DNA of 64,000 nucleotides from Anthoceros angustus (Eukaryota > Plantae > Anthocerotophyta). How positions within the stretch are numbered: the stretch's first letter is position 1; each line of letters starts with the position of its first letter. The stretch is taken from contig VJWM01000220.1 in assembly GCA_010909165.1 (NCBI GenBank), positions 186,001 to 250,000 of the forward strand, given 5' to 3'. Positions 11,799 to 24,500 of the stretch are shown here, piece after piece. A program made the translations under genes and the position numbers. The notes beneath the pieces are model-generated. The model saw only the letters and a program-made list of their open reading frames with translations. It had not been told where the DNA came from and made no database searches.

Positions 11799-12849
11799 GC
11801 GTTATATTGTCTAATCGGTTGCTTTATCATTAACCCCATTGTCAAATTGACATTGAACTTTAGTGGACTAAAAAATATCAATCTTAATCATCTTACTTAC
11901 CTAAAATTGAATTGATTGAAAAAAATTAATTGTATTAAAAATAATAGATATAAAAACAACATCGGGTATAGATGGGTTTCTTTAGTAACCCTTTTTGTAC
12001 ACATACTTCAGTAAACCTTAAATTACACGTCGAAAAATGCCCATTGAAAACGGACGTTTTGAAGAGTTTAGATCTTATTTATGCATATATAAACGTATTT
12101 GATTTTAAACTTTATCATATTCTAAAGTTTCTTATAACAAGGTCATTCCCACGACCTACTGGATTCCAAATTGTAGAGGCTTTACAAAACATGTTTTGAT
12201 TTTGGTGTGCAAACTTGTTTGCGTTCCAACCTTTCACTCGCGCTAGTCAGTCCCAAGACTACTCTCGCTCTGCGAATTGTACTAGACCTTGTCTCTTAGA
12301 CATTGAGATGATAATATCATTGTTAACCTGATGCCCTTGATCCGCGTGCATTGCAAAAATGAGATTGATAAGGTCTGCACTTAGAGCTGGGCCCATGCTA
12401 AATATCTCAAGATGCTGAAATTTCTCACTCCTTGTTCAAAGTTTTGATCACGAGAAAAAAGGTAAGGGCTAAGTCAAGATGAGGACATATTCAGACTAGG
12501 TTGAAGGCTGAAAAGAGTTGAAAGGTTGGAGAGGATTGAAAACGTTAAAAAGAACCTTTTAAAACAACAAAATAAATTAAAAAATATTGAAAAAGCATAA
12601 CAATGTATTTTTTATGTGTTTTTTTAATTTGTTTTGCTCATTTATGCTGGGATTGAACCGAATGGGAATGCACTAGGAGGCATGAACAACAAGGGTATGC
12701 AAACTTTACAAGTCTACACAGTGAACAGCACGATGGATAGTTACACATTCCTCTACTTGAGCTCTCGTGCACGGTACGGACTAGGTTTGGGGGGGCCATT
12801 AGAGTACAAGGGGGCAACGCTGAAACCTTGGTGCAGTTGTCAGTAGAGC

Positions 12850-13410
12850 CAGAGAAGGAAGGCCCAACCGGGTTCGAGGTGGGGGTTGGGCCTCTGCGAG
12901 ATTGCAGGGGTCAAGAATAATCAGGCTGGGCGCTCCTCACGCGCCAGGGTTGGGGATTGGGGTGCCGGATGCGGGAGTCAGCTGCAGTCAATAGCAGCCC
13001 CACCATCGTAGATGTAGGTTCCCGTGTGTGTAGGTAGCTGGCGGTAGTGGCAGAGTTAAGGATGTAATAAAGGCACTTCCTTAGGAGCAGTATAAGAGGG
13101 GGGTTGCCACCCCCATTCTGTGATTTTCCTTTTGGGGTGGATACCGTGTCGAGCACACTGACCTTGGCGAGACGAGTGTTGATATGAGTCCTGAGTCACC
13201 AAGCGGGCTGACTACTCCGGAGAGGTCTATGCAGGTTCTGGTGATGAACCCCCTAATGCGTGGAGTTGAATGCAGGTGCTGAGAGGTCACGACCCCTGCT
13301 CCTCATAAGTGGATCGTAGTGACAAGCGAGCCGGAGTAGATGAGAAGGGCCGGTTGGCCGGTGAGGGTGTGTTGAGCCCGAACCAGTTGGACCGAGCGAC
13401 ACGGAATTTT
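12850..13410 (+). mobile_element. LTR-like fragment related to the gypsy LTR at 58233-59092 (boundaries approximate)
   Basis: taataaaggcacttccttaggagcagtataagagggg (13065) resembles taataaagacgccaccttgggcgcagataagagggg (58494). Both regions also contain cgacacgga near their right end. Confidence 0.4.
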
Positions 13411-15334
13411 CTGCAACCCCATTCTATATAGAAGTATAGGGAACCGTAAATTGTCGGAGAATTCCCCCCTCAACACAGAAGTCCTTGAACTGGCAATTGT
13501 TAAGTTCCCTTGCATTGTCAGATCTGATACACCAAAGCTGGCAACCGGTTTGCAACTCGGCCATAGTGACAAAAGGAGAAAATAACCCGAAGGAGTCACT
13601 CTTCAACTTGAGCGGAATAGCAAAAATGTAGCGAATATAGTCATCAACAATAATCATAAAGTGTTGTGCGCCGCCAAGTGAAGGGACAGGGAGTGGACCA
13701 CAAAGAATATCAACATGGACCAACTGTAAGGGCTGAGTAGCCCGACGGGCAGGTAGAGTAGGGTAGGGTAATAAGTTGCATTGTTTAGCATATATACAAG
13801 GTTCACATAACGGTGGAGTCTGTGAAAAGTGTGGGAGCTTATCCTTAGAAAGATCCTGCCTAAACATCTCAATAAGCTTATCATGATTAATGTGTCCAAG
13901 CTGAGAATGCCATAATAGGGAGTCACCTTTTCAGGAACTCCCTCTGTCAACCGCAGTTGCCATTGCGGGAGTGGGGGTTGTGGAAGCCATGATCACTGGT
14001 GCGACGGAGAAGACATAGAGGTCATGCTGCAGACGACCTCTCGCAACCACGCGGCCAAGAGCAACAGACCTTGTAAGGAGGCAATGGCCTCTGGCGAACT
14101 CCAGCTGGAATGTGCCGTCCTTCACCAAGTGTCGGACGGAGATAAGATTCTTAGCCATTTGCGGAACATGCAACACGTCGCTTAAGAGAAGAATAGAGCC
14201 GTCTTCAAGTATAAAAGTAACAGTGCCGATGCCCGCAATTGTAAGGCCGGAGTCATCGCCGAGAAGAACAAAACGTTGATCTTCGGCAGGTGGTAATCTA
14301 AGAACATATGTTGATGGTAGTATATATGTGCGGAGGCAGCTGAGTCCAGTAGCCAAGAAGTCTTGTATTCGAAAGCAACTAGGCAAACAGTGAGTGCAAT
14401 GTCAGACTTCTTCTGCTTGGAAGTCGAGGCCGAATTGGCAGTCTTGGCAAGATGTCGAGGCTCGCCAGCCTTTTTCTTGTGGCAGTTAACTCCTAGTGAC
14501 CGGGGATCTGGCACCAGTTGCAAGTGCCGGACTTGCAACCGAAACCACCAAGCTTGGAGGCGGAGGGCTCGTGAGAAGGAGCCGGAGCAGTTGAAGGCCG
14601 CCTATCTGACGGAGGAGGGCGGCGGTGCTGCTGTTGCTGGCGCTGGCGATCTTTGCTGATGAACATGACGCGGTCGCCACCATATTTGGAAGTGCTGGAG
14701 TTATATCTCGAAGCCTCCTCTTGAAGGAGAGCATCGCAATTTTGCAGATTGAAATGTTGGGTGGGCTGCTAGCCTTGACCGCCTGATGAGCCTCTCGAAT
14801 GGTGCCGTTCTGGGAGGACACGAAGGCTTGATAGTTGGCAGGAAGAGAGGCCAGCAATTGAACACAAGCTTCAAATTCCGATAAGGGAGTGCCAAGAGCA
14901 GCAAGGTGTGCCCGCAGATAACGAAACTTCCCAACGTATGTGCCTATGCTCTCATTATTATGCATGCGTAAGGAATAAAATTCGTAACGCACTGTTACCA
15001 ATGTCATAACGTTGGTAGATTGAAAAATATCGACTACCTGATGCCAAGCTTCAGCAACAGTCGCAGCCCCATCAGTATGATGCAAGGTTACTTCGTCGAG
15101 GCTGGAGATAAGAATGTGCATAGCAAGCCTATCTTGTTTCAACCAAGAGTCGAGGGCAGCCGAGGGTCCACGAGGCTTGGACACAGTTCCATCAACTATG
15201 TCGAGTAGATCTCTAGTATTCCGCACAAAACGCATGCATTTGGACCATATCTCAAACTTAGTGCCGTCAAAACGGTCCTTCTCCTTGAACTCTTACGTCA
15301 CATTCATGTAATTGATGATTGGAGTGGGTGGCAT
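13411..15334 (-). mobile_element. Degenerate, truncated Ty1/copia retrotransposon: gag, protease, GAG-pre-integrase and partial integrase
   Basis: Gag RFDGTKFEIW...LLDIVDGT...LLASLPANY, protease WLLDSAASAHI and LSDVLHVPQMAKNLISV, pre-integrase LWHSQLGHIN, integrase LQLVHVDILCGP...IVDDY...IRSDNA...FTVPYTS*NGVAE. Stops and frameshifts are present, and no RT or RNase H follows. Confidence 0.9.
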
Positions 15335-17379
15335 GGTCGAAGTTAAGGTGATCATTGAAATACCCATAACTAGATATAATCAAGCCGAGAGAAGAAGTTG
15401 TCGACGCTGAGTTATGACCCGGAGTCGAGAGAGACTTCTAGGGATACAAACTTGATTTAAAGTAATAAAGGAATACACACATTCGAGTTCAAGACCAAGG
15501 AACCGTGTCTCATCGAGGAGCGAACAAGCAAGATGTTGAACTACTGGCACGATTCGAAGTTGATGCAGATGATCCCAAAGGTGCCGACACTCAAGTTGGA
15601 AAAACTTCTATGTTGTAGTGTCAACTGAGTCATATAAGTAGTGCTGATAGGCTGCAGAGTCGAACTGAGGGCGCGGAGAAATAGGTTCCTGCTTGACGAT
15701 GGATAACTGAGGTGATGAAAGGGAGCTGGCGGCGAATTAAAAAGGGGCACCGAGGTCGAAAAGAGCACGCAACATGATAATTTTTGAAGCGGGGGAATAT
15801 AGTTACCCCCTTCGATCGAGACAGCACTCCCTTGTCACGATGTACACCCTTCTTGCAATAGCATATCTGCCCTACTTTGATAATGCGCACACCCTTTCTA
15901 AGCCCATACCTTTGAAAAAAGACGCACTTTCAAGTCTACACTCCAAAACTAGAGCACTGTAGGGTGTGGGCCCGTCTGCGTTTTTGTAGAATGCATAGAG
16001 GGCTGCCATTTTCATATGTTTATTACAACCGAAAACTTTACTTTCAAGTGGTAGAACACAATGAAAACAATCCTGTACTAGCGGGAGTCTCATTTCAGTG
16101 ATCGTGAGAACATTGCAACAAACAACTGCTAAAGGAGGTAGTGGTCATCAGCATCGACAATAGTCATTCAAGAGTGCGGCGACTGCCATGCCTTCTTGCC
16201 ATCGAGTCAAGGACCACCACCAAATTCCGAAGGCGGTCCATATCCTCTGCGTCAAAGCTGTCATTCTCCTCCAATGCTTGCTCGTATTTATTAGTATAAT
16301 TCTTGGGCTGAGCTTTGGACGATGTTGACTGCCACACAACATTTAGGGTCTGCTGACCCTCATCCAAAAGCTCACCAATCGTAGTCTTCAACCTTCTGCC
16401 ACTCAATGCAACCACTTGGGCTTTAAGGCAATGCCAGCATCCTTAAAAGGAACAAAGTTGGTTGCCCATGTGCCCATGCAAGCGTCCTTAAAATCAATAA
16501 AGTTGAGTTATTAAAAAGATTTAAGTTTCGAACACGGAACCTACTCATTACTACACCTCTTTCCCAAGCAATTGACCAACGATCCCAAGTTGCAAGACTA
16601 GTGAGCCGTTAAATATTTATTTTCTTAAAAACAGCCTATGAGGAGCCCATGGGGCGGTGCCCATGGGTAGGCGGGTGTGCTAGGGAAGGGGCCGGCCGGC
16701 GCCCCTAGCTCCACTGCATGCACCGACGGTGGTGCTAAGGGAGGGCGGTCGGTGGCGCCTCCTTAGCACCATCCTACATCTTGGCGTGCTAGGACAAGAA
16801 GGGAACAGCAGTATCCTATCACCGACGCAAGGTGTGGCCCATTTGCGTGAAGGGTTAAAAGATTTGCGTCCATAGGTGACGAAGAGTACAAGTGTTGGGA
16901 AGCCTTTGGGTGGACCAAGAAGATTGCTATCATTGTGGAGAATAACATTGGGCTAGTCGCGTCCTTGGAAGTGGTTTTCACGCATAAGTGGATCATCATA
17001 CCACTTCAAGTGCCGGATGAAGCTTTGCTGGATGAGGCATTATTGAGAGACCTCCCACAGCGTGATATGTACTTGGGGGCATATCAAAATGCTGGAAGGC
17101 AACACTGGGAATGGCGCGGATGAATGGGGACATAATGGAAATCTGGAAGGGGATGTTTCTAGCAATGCCATGCACTATGGATTCATAGGACAGAAGGCAC
17201 AAGGTGTGCTTTACAGGGGCGATAGAGCTGAAACGTTGTGTCTGTTTTAGTATCTTGTATAGTAACTGTTCATATCATACGAACGACGAAAGGTGCCTTG
17301 GAAAGGGCTAGATACTATTTACTCTAATAGTGCACATGGAAAGCAAATCAGATGTTGTGGGCTATGCACTTCCCTGGGG

Positions 17380-18604
17380 AGTTAGGAAATAAGTAGGGTT
17401 TCTGTTTTTTTTTAGGATTGAAGGATAAATAAGGCGGAAAGGGAGGAATAAATTGGGGTAGCGCCGGACGAGACCGAGTATACTCCGACTCGAGTGAACA
17501 ACGGACCCCTGCACCACTATGGCAAGCTCCGGACTACGCCGAGTAACGGATAAGTCCGGAACCCACCCAGTCAAAATAGGATAAGTACGCCTGTGAAAGT
17601 AACCTAGGAGTGAGGCGTGAGGATGCACGAGGCGGCGCCACGTGACGGCCCCGAGTGGAGGTCGGGCATGCAGAGGCTGTGACTGTGAATTTGCCGAGGC
17701 CGTTATAGCGGTATTCACGCCCGGCGCGCAAGGCGCAGTAAGCAAGCGTAGGGTCGAGTAAGCCATGCACTCGGCACATGGACAACAAGAGGCGCCTTCC
17801 CGCCAGCTTCCACAAGCGCCAAGGAGGGAGGCTCTCACGGCAGCCCATACCCTCATACCTGCGCCTGCAATCCGCTCCGCAATCCGGCTCCTGCCTTTTG
17901 GGCGCCTTTTAGAGCGTGGCGGACTGTCAAGGTTGGAGCAACAACGCGAAGGAGGAACATCGTGCCGACCGCCAGCAGCCAGAATAAGAGGAGGAGAAAG
18001 CAATGGCACCCAAAAGCCGACGGATGGGAGCCATGGACCCTCGTGGAGCGCAACATTGTGACCCGCGCTATCCGGACTGGGCCCCACCGGAGGAAGGGAA
18101 TTGGTGTGAGTGGCATCCGGACGTGTTCCAAATGGTCTCGGACCTTTGACAACGCCACTCTAGTCCGGGAGTTTGCCGGAAGATCTTGGCGGCGATCAAC
18201 AAGGAGGTCCGATCCAAGAACCTCCGGAGGACCCGAGGCGATGGACCTTGGAGGTCCCGAGGATGGCCTACAACTCAAGGAGGAAGAAGGGGCGCAGCGA
18301 GCCCCTTAAGGCGAAGGGAAGATAGGGCCACGGCGGCGATCCGAGGCTCGAACGCACGGACAACCAATGATGGTTGATATCCGATCCGGGCGATCGAGTA
18401 AGGCGGTAGCCGGATCATTGTCCATTGAACTCGCCACCAAGGTGGATCACCTTGGTGATAACTCGCTGGTATTCTGCATGCGCCCAATGGGAAGAGAGCG
18501 ATCGGGAAGGATTATCTTCGCGGTTCGCCGGGAGGCACGCAAGCTAAGGAGCGAGAAGCCTCGCTTATCAGACCCCCTACACCGATTCATGTATGGGGAC
18601 ATTT
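17380..18604 (+). mobile_element. Left part of the GC-rich retroelement-like sequence split by the CACTA insertion (left boundary approximate)
   Basis: Composition matches 55898-58232, and the ORF starting at 18367 continues in frame at 55901 when the CACTA and one TTT copy are removed. Confidence 0.55.
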
Positions 18605-19840
18605 CACTACAAGGAGGGGCTACCTTTTACAAATGGGTCTAAGTTTAGTTAGAGGAAACTACAACACTCTTACTGACTCAAAGCCTTGTAAGTTTTTGAA
18701 CATTTACAACAAGGGTTCCTAACTAATATGATGTGGCATGGATTTTACAACAGGGGTTTGTTGACATGGCATGTTGACACAAATTTTACAACGGGATTTG
18801 TTGACATGGCATGTTGACACAAATTTTACAACGGGGTTTGTTGACATGGCTTGCTCGTTGTACATGACGTTGTTAATTGTGCATAAACTCTTTTGATTTA
18901 GAAAACTATGGGGGTTATTTGTTAATAAAACTACATTTTGTTGAATTTATAATGACGTGGCATAAAGGATGTTGTAAAACGGTACTTGTAAAAGACGTTG
19001 TAAACCATGTTTGTTGTAGATGTGGTTGTAAATTGTGCAAGACTTGATTTTGGAATAATACCATTTATTGGAATATCTATGAATAGATTTATTATTTGCT
19101 GATGTGGCAAGTTCGTTGCAAATGATGTTGTAAATATGTTTCTCTGGATTTATGTTAGTTATGGGATTATCTTTTTTTTTGTATTCTTGACGTGTCACAT
19201 GCATTGTAGCTATGGTTGTAAAACGCATGAAAACCATTTTATATAAATATCTATAAATAAATTTATTATTTGCTGACATGGCAAGCTCATTGCAAATATC
19301 ATTGTAAAATGGTTTCTCCAATTTATGTTATATTATTGGATTATTCATTTATTGTATATTCTTGACGTGTCACATGCATTGTAGCTATGGTTGTAAAATG
19401 CACAAGCCAGCCAATATCCATGAATAAATATATTATTTGCTGATGTGGCATGTTTATGCATAAATGTGTAAAATTTTGGAAGACCTTTTCCTTATTTATG
19501 TAATTTATGAGGTTATATATTAGTAAGATTGATGTGGCATGCCTTTTCCTTATTTATGTAATTTATGAGGTTATATATTAGTAAGATTGATGTATGCCTT
19601 TTCCTTATTTATGTAATTTATGAGGTTATATATTAGTAAGATTGTCGATGTGGCATGCTTAAATGCCGCTGTAAATATGTGGAAGAGACCTTTTCCGATT
19701 TATGTCATTTATGAGGCTATATATTAGTGAAATTGCGATGGCATGTTCATTGCAAATACATTGTAAAATGTTATACAAATTTATCGATTTATAAATAGTG
19801 CCAACGCATTGTAAATGTCGGTGTAAGAATTTTCCTAGCT
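18605..19840. repeat. Left CACTA subterminal repeat region
   Basis: AT-rich, with many tttacaac/gttgtaaa and tgatgtggca/tgacatggca motifs and short tandem duplications (for example 19486-19650). Confidence 0.8.
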
Positions 19841-19849
19841 GTCAAAAAC

Positions 19850-20830
19850 GAGGCATGCATCTTGGCATCCAGTCCACCGAGCGCCCACAAGTCGTTATCC
19901 AAATGTCCTCTTTGCACAAGTGTGAGTGCACCGCCTTGTAAGGCACCAATGCTTGCACATGCCTTCAAAAGGCAAGCAAAAGTAACCTCATCACCACAAG
20001 CAGCCCTCCTGTTGCATTCGTCCATACAAAAATAGCGCCTCTTGACCAAGCCCTTTACATCCATACCCAAAGAATCGTGGCATTCCAAGTCACCACATCC
20101 TTTGGGCTCAAGCATTGAAAAACTTGATGCGCATCTTCTACTTCGCCACACTTTGCCTACATGTCCACGCAAGTGCCCACAAGTGTGTTATCTAGTCCTC
20201 TCCACAACTGTGAGTGCACCGCCTTCCGTAAGGCACTTGCGTTTGCAGCCTTGGAAGGCAAGCAAAGGTAACATGGTTGCCCACAATCGTGCCCTCCTTC
20301 TCCATTTGTCCATACAACAAGCGCCTCTTGGCCAAGCCCATGATTTGCATACCCAACTATCGTGGCCCATGTCACGACATCCTTTCGCCTAACCTATCGA
20401 AAACCGTGTTTGCCTCTTCCACCACCACGGTTTGCGTACATGTCCAGACGGTTGGCAATAAACAAGTTCGGTGGAATGTCACATGCAACATATCATGCCG
20501 CACTTTTCTCGCTAGATTCCGTGTCCACAAAGAAATGCACAAGCTTGAAGGGCTGCTACAAAGATGTGGGCATCCGCCACACACCGAGCGACACATCGCA
20601 TAGTAAAGTTGTATCGCCTCATTAGGCTCCCCATGTGTAGCATGTGCGGAGATTATTGAAAACCACATGAAGGGATTTGGTTGCCCACCCTCCGTAGCCT
20701 ACCTCCGGATACATACATCCGCAAGATATGGTTCCCCAAGTATGTGATTGACTACTCCAAGTTTGAGTGAGATCATGAACGCGTCATCCCACAACCATGT
20801 CCTTCTTATCTCGCACAAAGTTTTAGCACG
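19850..20830 (-). pseudogene. Captured PLS-class PPR gene fragment (further copies about 24490-25200, 31220-31900, 33227-33900)
   Basis: Across frameshifts and copies: PNPFMWFSIISAHATHGEPNEAIQLY, PNLFIAN, DMYxKxG.VEEANTVFDRLGVKDVVTW, IVGYANHGLGQEAL, NHVTFACLLKAC. Confidence 0.85.
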
Positions 20831-21269
20831 ACATATAAGATGGTGAGGAATAGAATAGTCTATCTACGCTAGATTTTCTGAGCTCCAACGGCCTCGAAGC
20901 TTTCCCTACTCACATAACGTCGATGGTTACAGTGTCACGACTCCCATATCCAATCCGCACACCTCCTGTGCTCGGGCTTTCGGAGAGCTCGACTTGGAAG
21001 GAGAAGCACAATGACCCACTGCATATTCAAAGAAACAAGCTTCTCATCCAACAAGTCGGCTTGAACATGTTGTTTAACCCGAGGACCTCACGGACTCCTT
21101 GCACGAATGTCGTGAGCGAGAGCTCCTCTTACCTCGCCTAGTTTCCCACGCACAAGAGGGGAGTCCTAGGAAGTGGTGATGGGAGGACGTTACTTGGTGT
21201 GGTCACACCGAGAAGCGGTGGCCGCTCAAGTCCGCTACGAGTCAGAGTCCTATCTATTCAAATAGGTAG

Positions 21270-21525
21270 GACTCAAGTCCTTGGTCTTTGGGGTTTGGGA
21301 AGAACAGACTCAAGTCCTTGGTCTTGGGTTTGAATGATGTTCCTTGGTCCTTGGGAAAGTAGCAAGTAGATAGAAGCCTATTTCGAGTCCTTGGTCTTGG
21401 AAGGATGTTCCTTGGTCCTTGGGAAAATGGTATGTAGATAGAAACCTAGTCCTTGGTCTTGGGTTTCGGAAGGATGTTCCTTGGTCCTTGGGAAAAGTAG
21501 CATGTAGATAGAAACCTATTTCGAG
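21270..21525. repeat. About 65-70 bp minisatellite within the module, repeated in six module copies
   Basis: Units of gatgttccttggtccttgggaaa...tagatagaaaccta...gtccttggtcttgg. Confidence 0.85.
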
Positions 21526-24500
21526 GGCCGAGGAAGGCAACTTCCTTGAACCATGGGAATTCCGTTTTCTAGATATTGCATGTAGGGCTATATATGCATG
21601 TTAGGTAGACTGGGGTAAAATTGGCCGACTCATCAAGGGCCCGGTCGGGACATGTACAATCTCGCTACTCCATGGCGGAGTAGTGAGTTCAACCTAGGCC
21701 GTGAGTATACGGTTGAAAATTTTATAGCAACTGCGAATCTAGGAATCCTAGTGTACTTCCTTTTGGATTGCGCCGCAATTCCAATGGAGATACACTAGGA
21801 CAAGCTGAGGTGCTACATATAAAGATTTGTAATACAATGATATGCGAGTTCTTGCATATTAGCAAAGACAAAGTCGCCTAATGAAATGGCCAATCCAGAG
21901 CGCCAAGAAGGGCGTACCGAGCTAATTTCTAATAGACTAATAGGTATAGAGTTTCGATAGGCCTTCACTTGCGATAATCTACATAGTATGCCGAATTGCT
22001 GAAAACCAATCTCTGAGGGATTTCACGAAGCATGGTTAGTCGTAACATCCGAAATGTAGAGGCATGTTGAAATGTTGAAATGTCACCGCAGATCCTGGAA
22101 GAGGTTGAAGGACTGTATGCGTGACGAAATGTCATTAGTGTAATGGCGCATTGAGGTGATTCCACCGAAAAACACATAGGAGTATTTAGATCCTTAGCCG
22201 CTAAGGTTGAAGGATCCTCTGGTGACCTTCGAGTGAAGAGGAGCTCACACTTTGACTCCTCACCTCACTTCCGTAATCTTGATCTCACTTCGAGCTCAAA
22301 CACGATCCCAAACGCAAGCGGAAGGTTAGTCAAGCAACCGGAGTATGTGCCTACACAAGAAAACCTGCAGATATATTAACGAAAGCTCTTTCAAAAGAGC
22401 GCACGAGAAGCATGTTCGAGGTCCGGGGTTAGGAGAGTCCGGAACTTTCCTATCTAACCCCAACTAGCCTACATGCCCTGCTACCTAATCCCACCTCGAC
22501 TGCCACCCCTGGAGGACTCTTCCTTTGGATTCTCGAGTCGGAGGGACTGGAGGCCTCAGAGCATGAGTCCTCACCACATGTAATCTTCGGAGGAACAAGA
22601 TCCTCCTCAATCCTCAAGAGATCCTCAATCAAGACACAAAGCAATTAGATAGCTTTAGAGCGAGTGGGAGTAGGAGCAGAGATGAAGCAAAACCCGGTCA
22701 CTTCGAGCGACTTACAACATGACCGGGGAACAGAGTCAGTAACACGCACTGATCCGCTTCATGACCGACCAAGATGCTTGCATCGATACAGATAGGAGAG
22801 CCCGATTGCACGGCCTAGGCTCACAATCTTCACATCCTTATCGGGGTTACCTCGAGGGAAATTGAGGCCGTGAGGGCCTCACCTCCTCCGTCAGACATAG
22901 CCTCGGGCCCACAGGTCAGAGGCCCCGAGCTCCCTCTGCGCAGGGCGAGGGGCACGCGTGGGAGAAATTGTGGAAGCTAAGCGCGCAATGGAGGACCTCC
23001 CATGTCCTCCGCGATTATGGCCTCGCCTAGTCCTCGACTGCAGCAGCGTGAGGGCGCTGCTTTCTCGGCTCGAGCTTCCCGCAGGCAGCCGGGCCGGGTC
23101 CCTTGCAGCGCAGAGGAGGTTGTCCTAGCCGCCTTGCTTGCAAGCGGCCTAGGGAGTCTCTTCTGGCGGGGTTCGCATCCTTAGAGGAGGACGACATCTC
23201 GACGTGTTACGCTCCACAACCCCTTCTCCAATTGCAGGCGTGAAGATGAAGAAGAGGAATATAACGCACTGGTGAGGACTGGTTTCTCACCGCACGCTCG
23301 AATATATACCGCGAGGAGCTGGGGCGAACGCATAACGCAATGCATCTGCTTTCACCCGACTCCATCCTACAAGGACCGGAGATGATCCGTTGTTGGAGCA
23401 TCACTTTCCAAAATGATCAACAAGTGGGAGTGAAGAGGTATACCCAAACACACCTCTGTCCGATCACCTCCTCCCGCTTCTCTCCGACGGTCACCTCCTC
23501 CCAACAAGACAAAGCATTCAATTGGGCTTTACAGCGGACCGTGTTTTACAACACGGTCCGCTGTAAAGCCCAATTGTACGTGTAAAATGTTTGAGACGGC
23601 CAGATCGGCCTCTCATGTTTTACAACATACGCATAACCTAATCTAATTTACAACACGATCCATTGCAAACCTCACTGCATACATTGTAAAGCGTTTAAGA
23701 GAGGCCAAGATAGGCCTCCCACAATTTACAACATAGTCTAATTTACAACACAGGCTGTAAAAGCGCACTTGTATGTTGTAAAATGTATGACAAGGCCGGA
23801 TCTCGACGCTTTACACCAAATTCACAACGTAGTCTCATATACAAGGTCCATTGCAAAGCGATCTTGCACGTTGTATACGCCTCAGTGCCATTGACAAATT
23901 CACATTGTAAGCGTAGTGCCATTGACAAATTCACGAGCCACGGCCACTGAGAGAGACACAAGCCACGGTTCCCCAAGTCGTATACTTGCTTTCGTGCTCT
24001 CACATAAATCATAGCAAGAGTTAGGAACGGCACAGAAGCCGGCCGCAACCAAGACTCCACAACACCCTCGCAAGAGAGATGCACCACCTTCAAGCAAGAG
24101 ACATGCACCACCTTCGTGCAAGAGACATGTCCTCTTCATGTGTCATTTAGTCACAAACAACTTCCACCAAAAATTGGACATCAGAACTTTAACGTGATTT
24201 CTTGATGCGAGAAGCCATATGAACTAGCATCCATGAATACACTAAGGAGTACCGGAGCCATTAGCCTTGGGTATTCTACCGATCTCGCCCATCAGCCCTC
24301 TTCTCCTCGCTCTTGGTTGTCGCTATCCGGGACGCCCTGTTGATGTTCTACGGCTTCGCGAGTTGCATCCATGTGAAATGTGAAAGAGATGTAGTGTGGC
24401 AATTATGCGGATCGGATGTTGAAGCCATGAGAAAATGCGAGTGGACAACAAAGTTGCAACCGACATCGCACGCTTGCAAGACGAGAATGCTCAAGCATTG

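Noticed and set aside
15340-15600. Copia PBS and 5' LTR
   Set aside because: No convincing tRNA-complementary site and no second LTR for comparison.
16164-16415. 83-aa ORF as a gene
   Set aside because: No recognisable family and no supporting exon structure.
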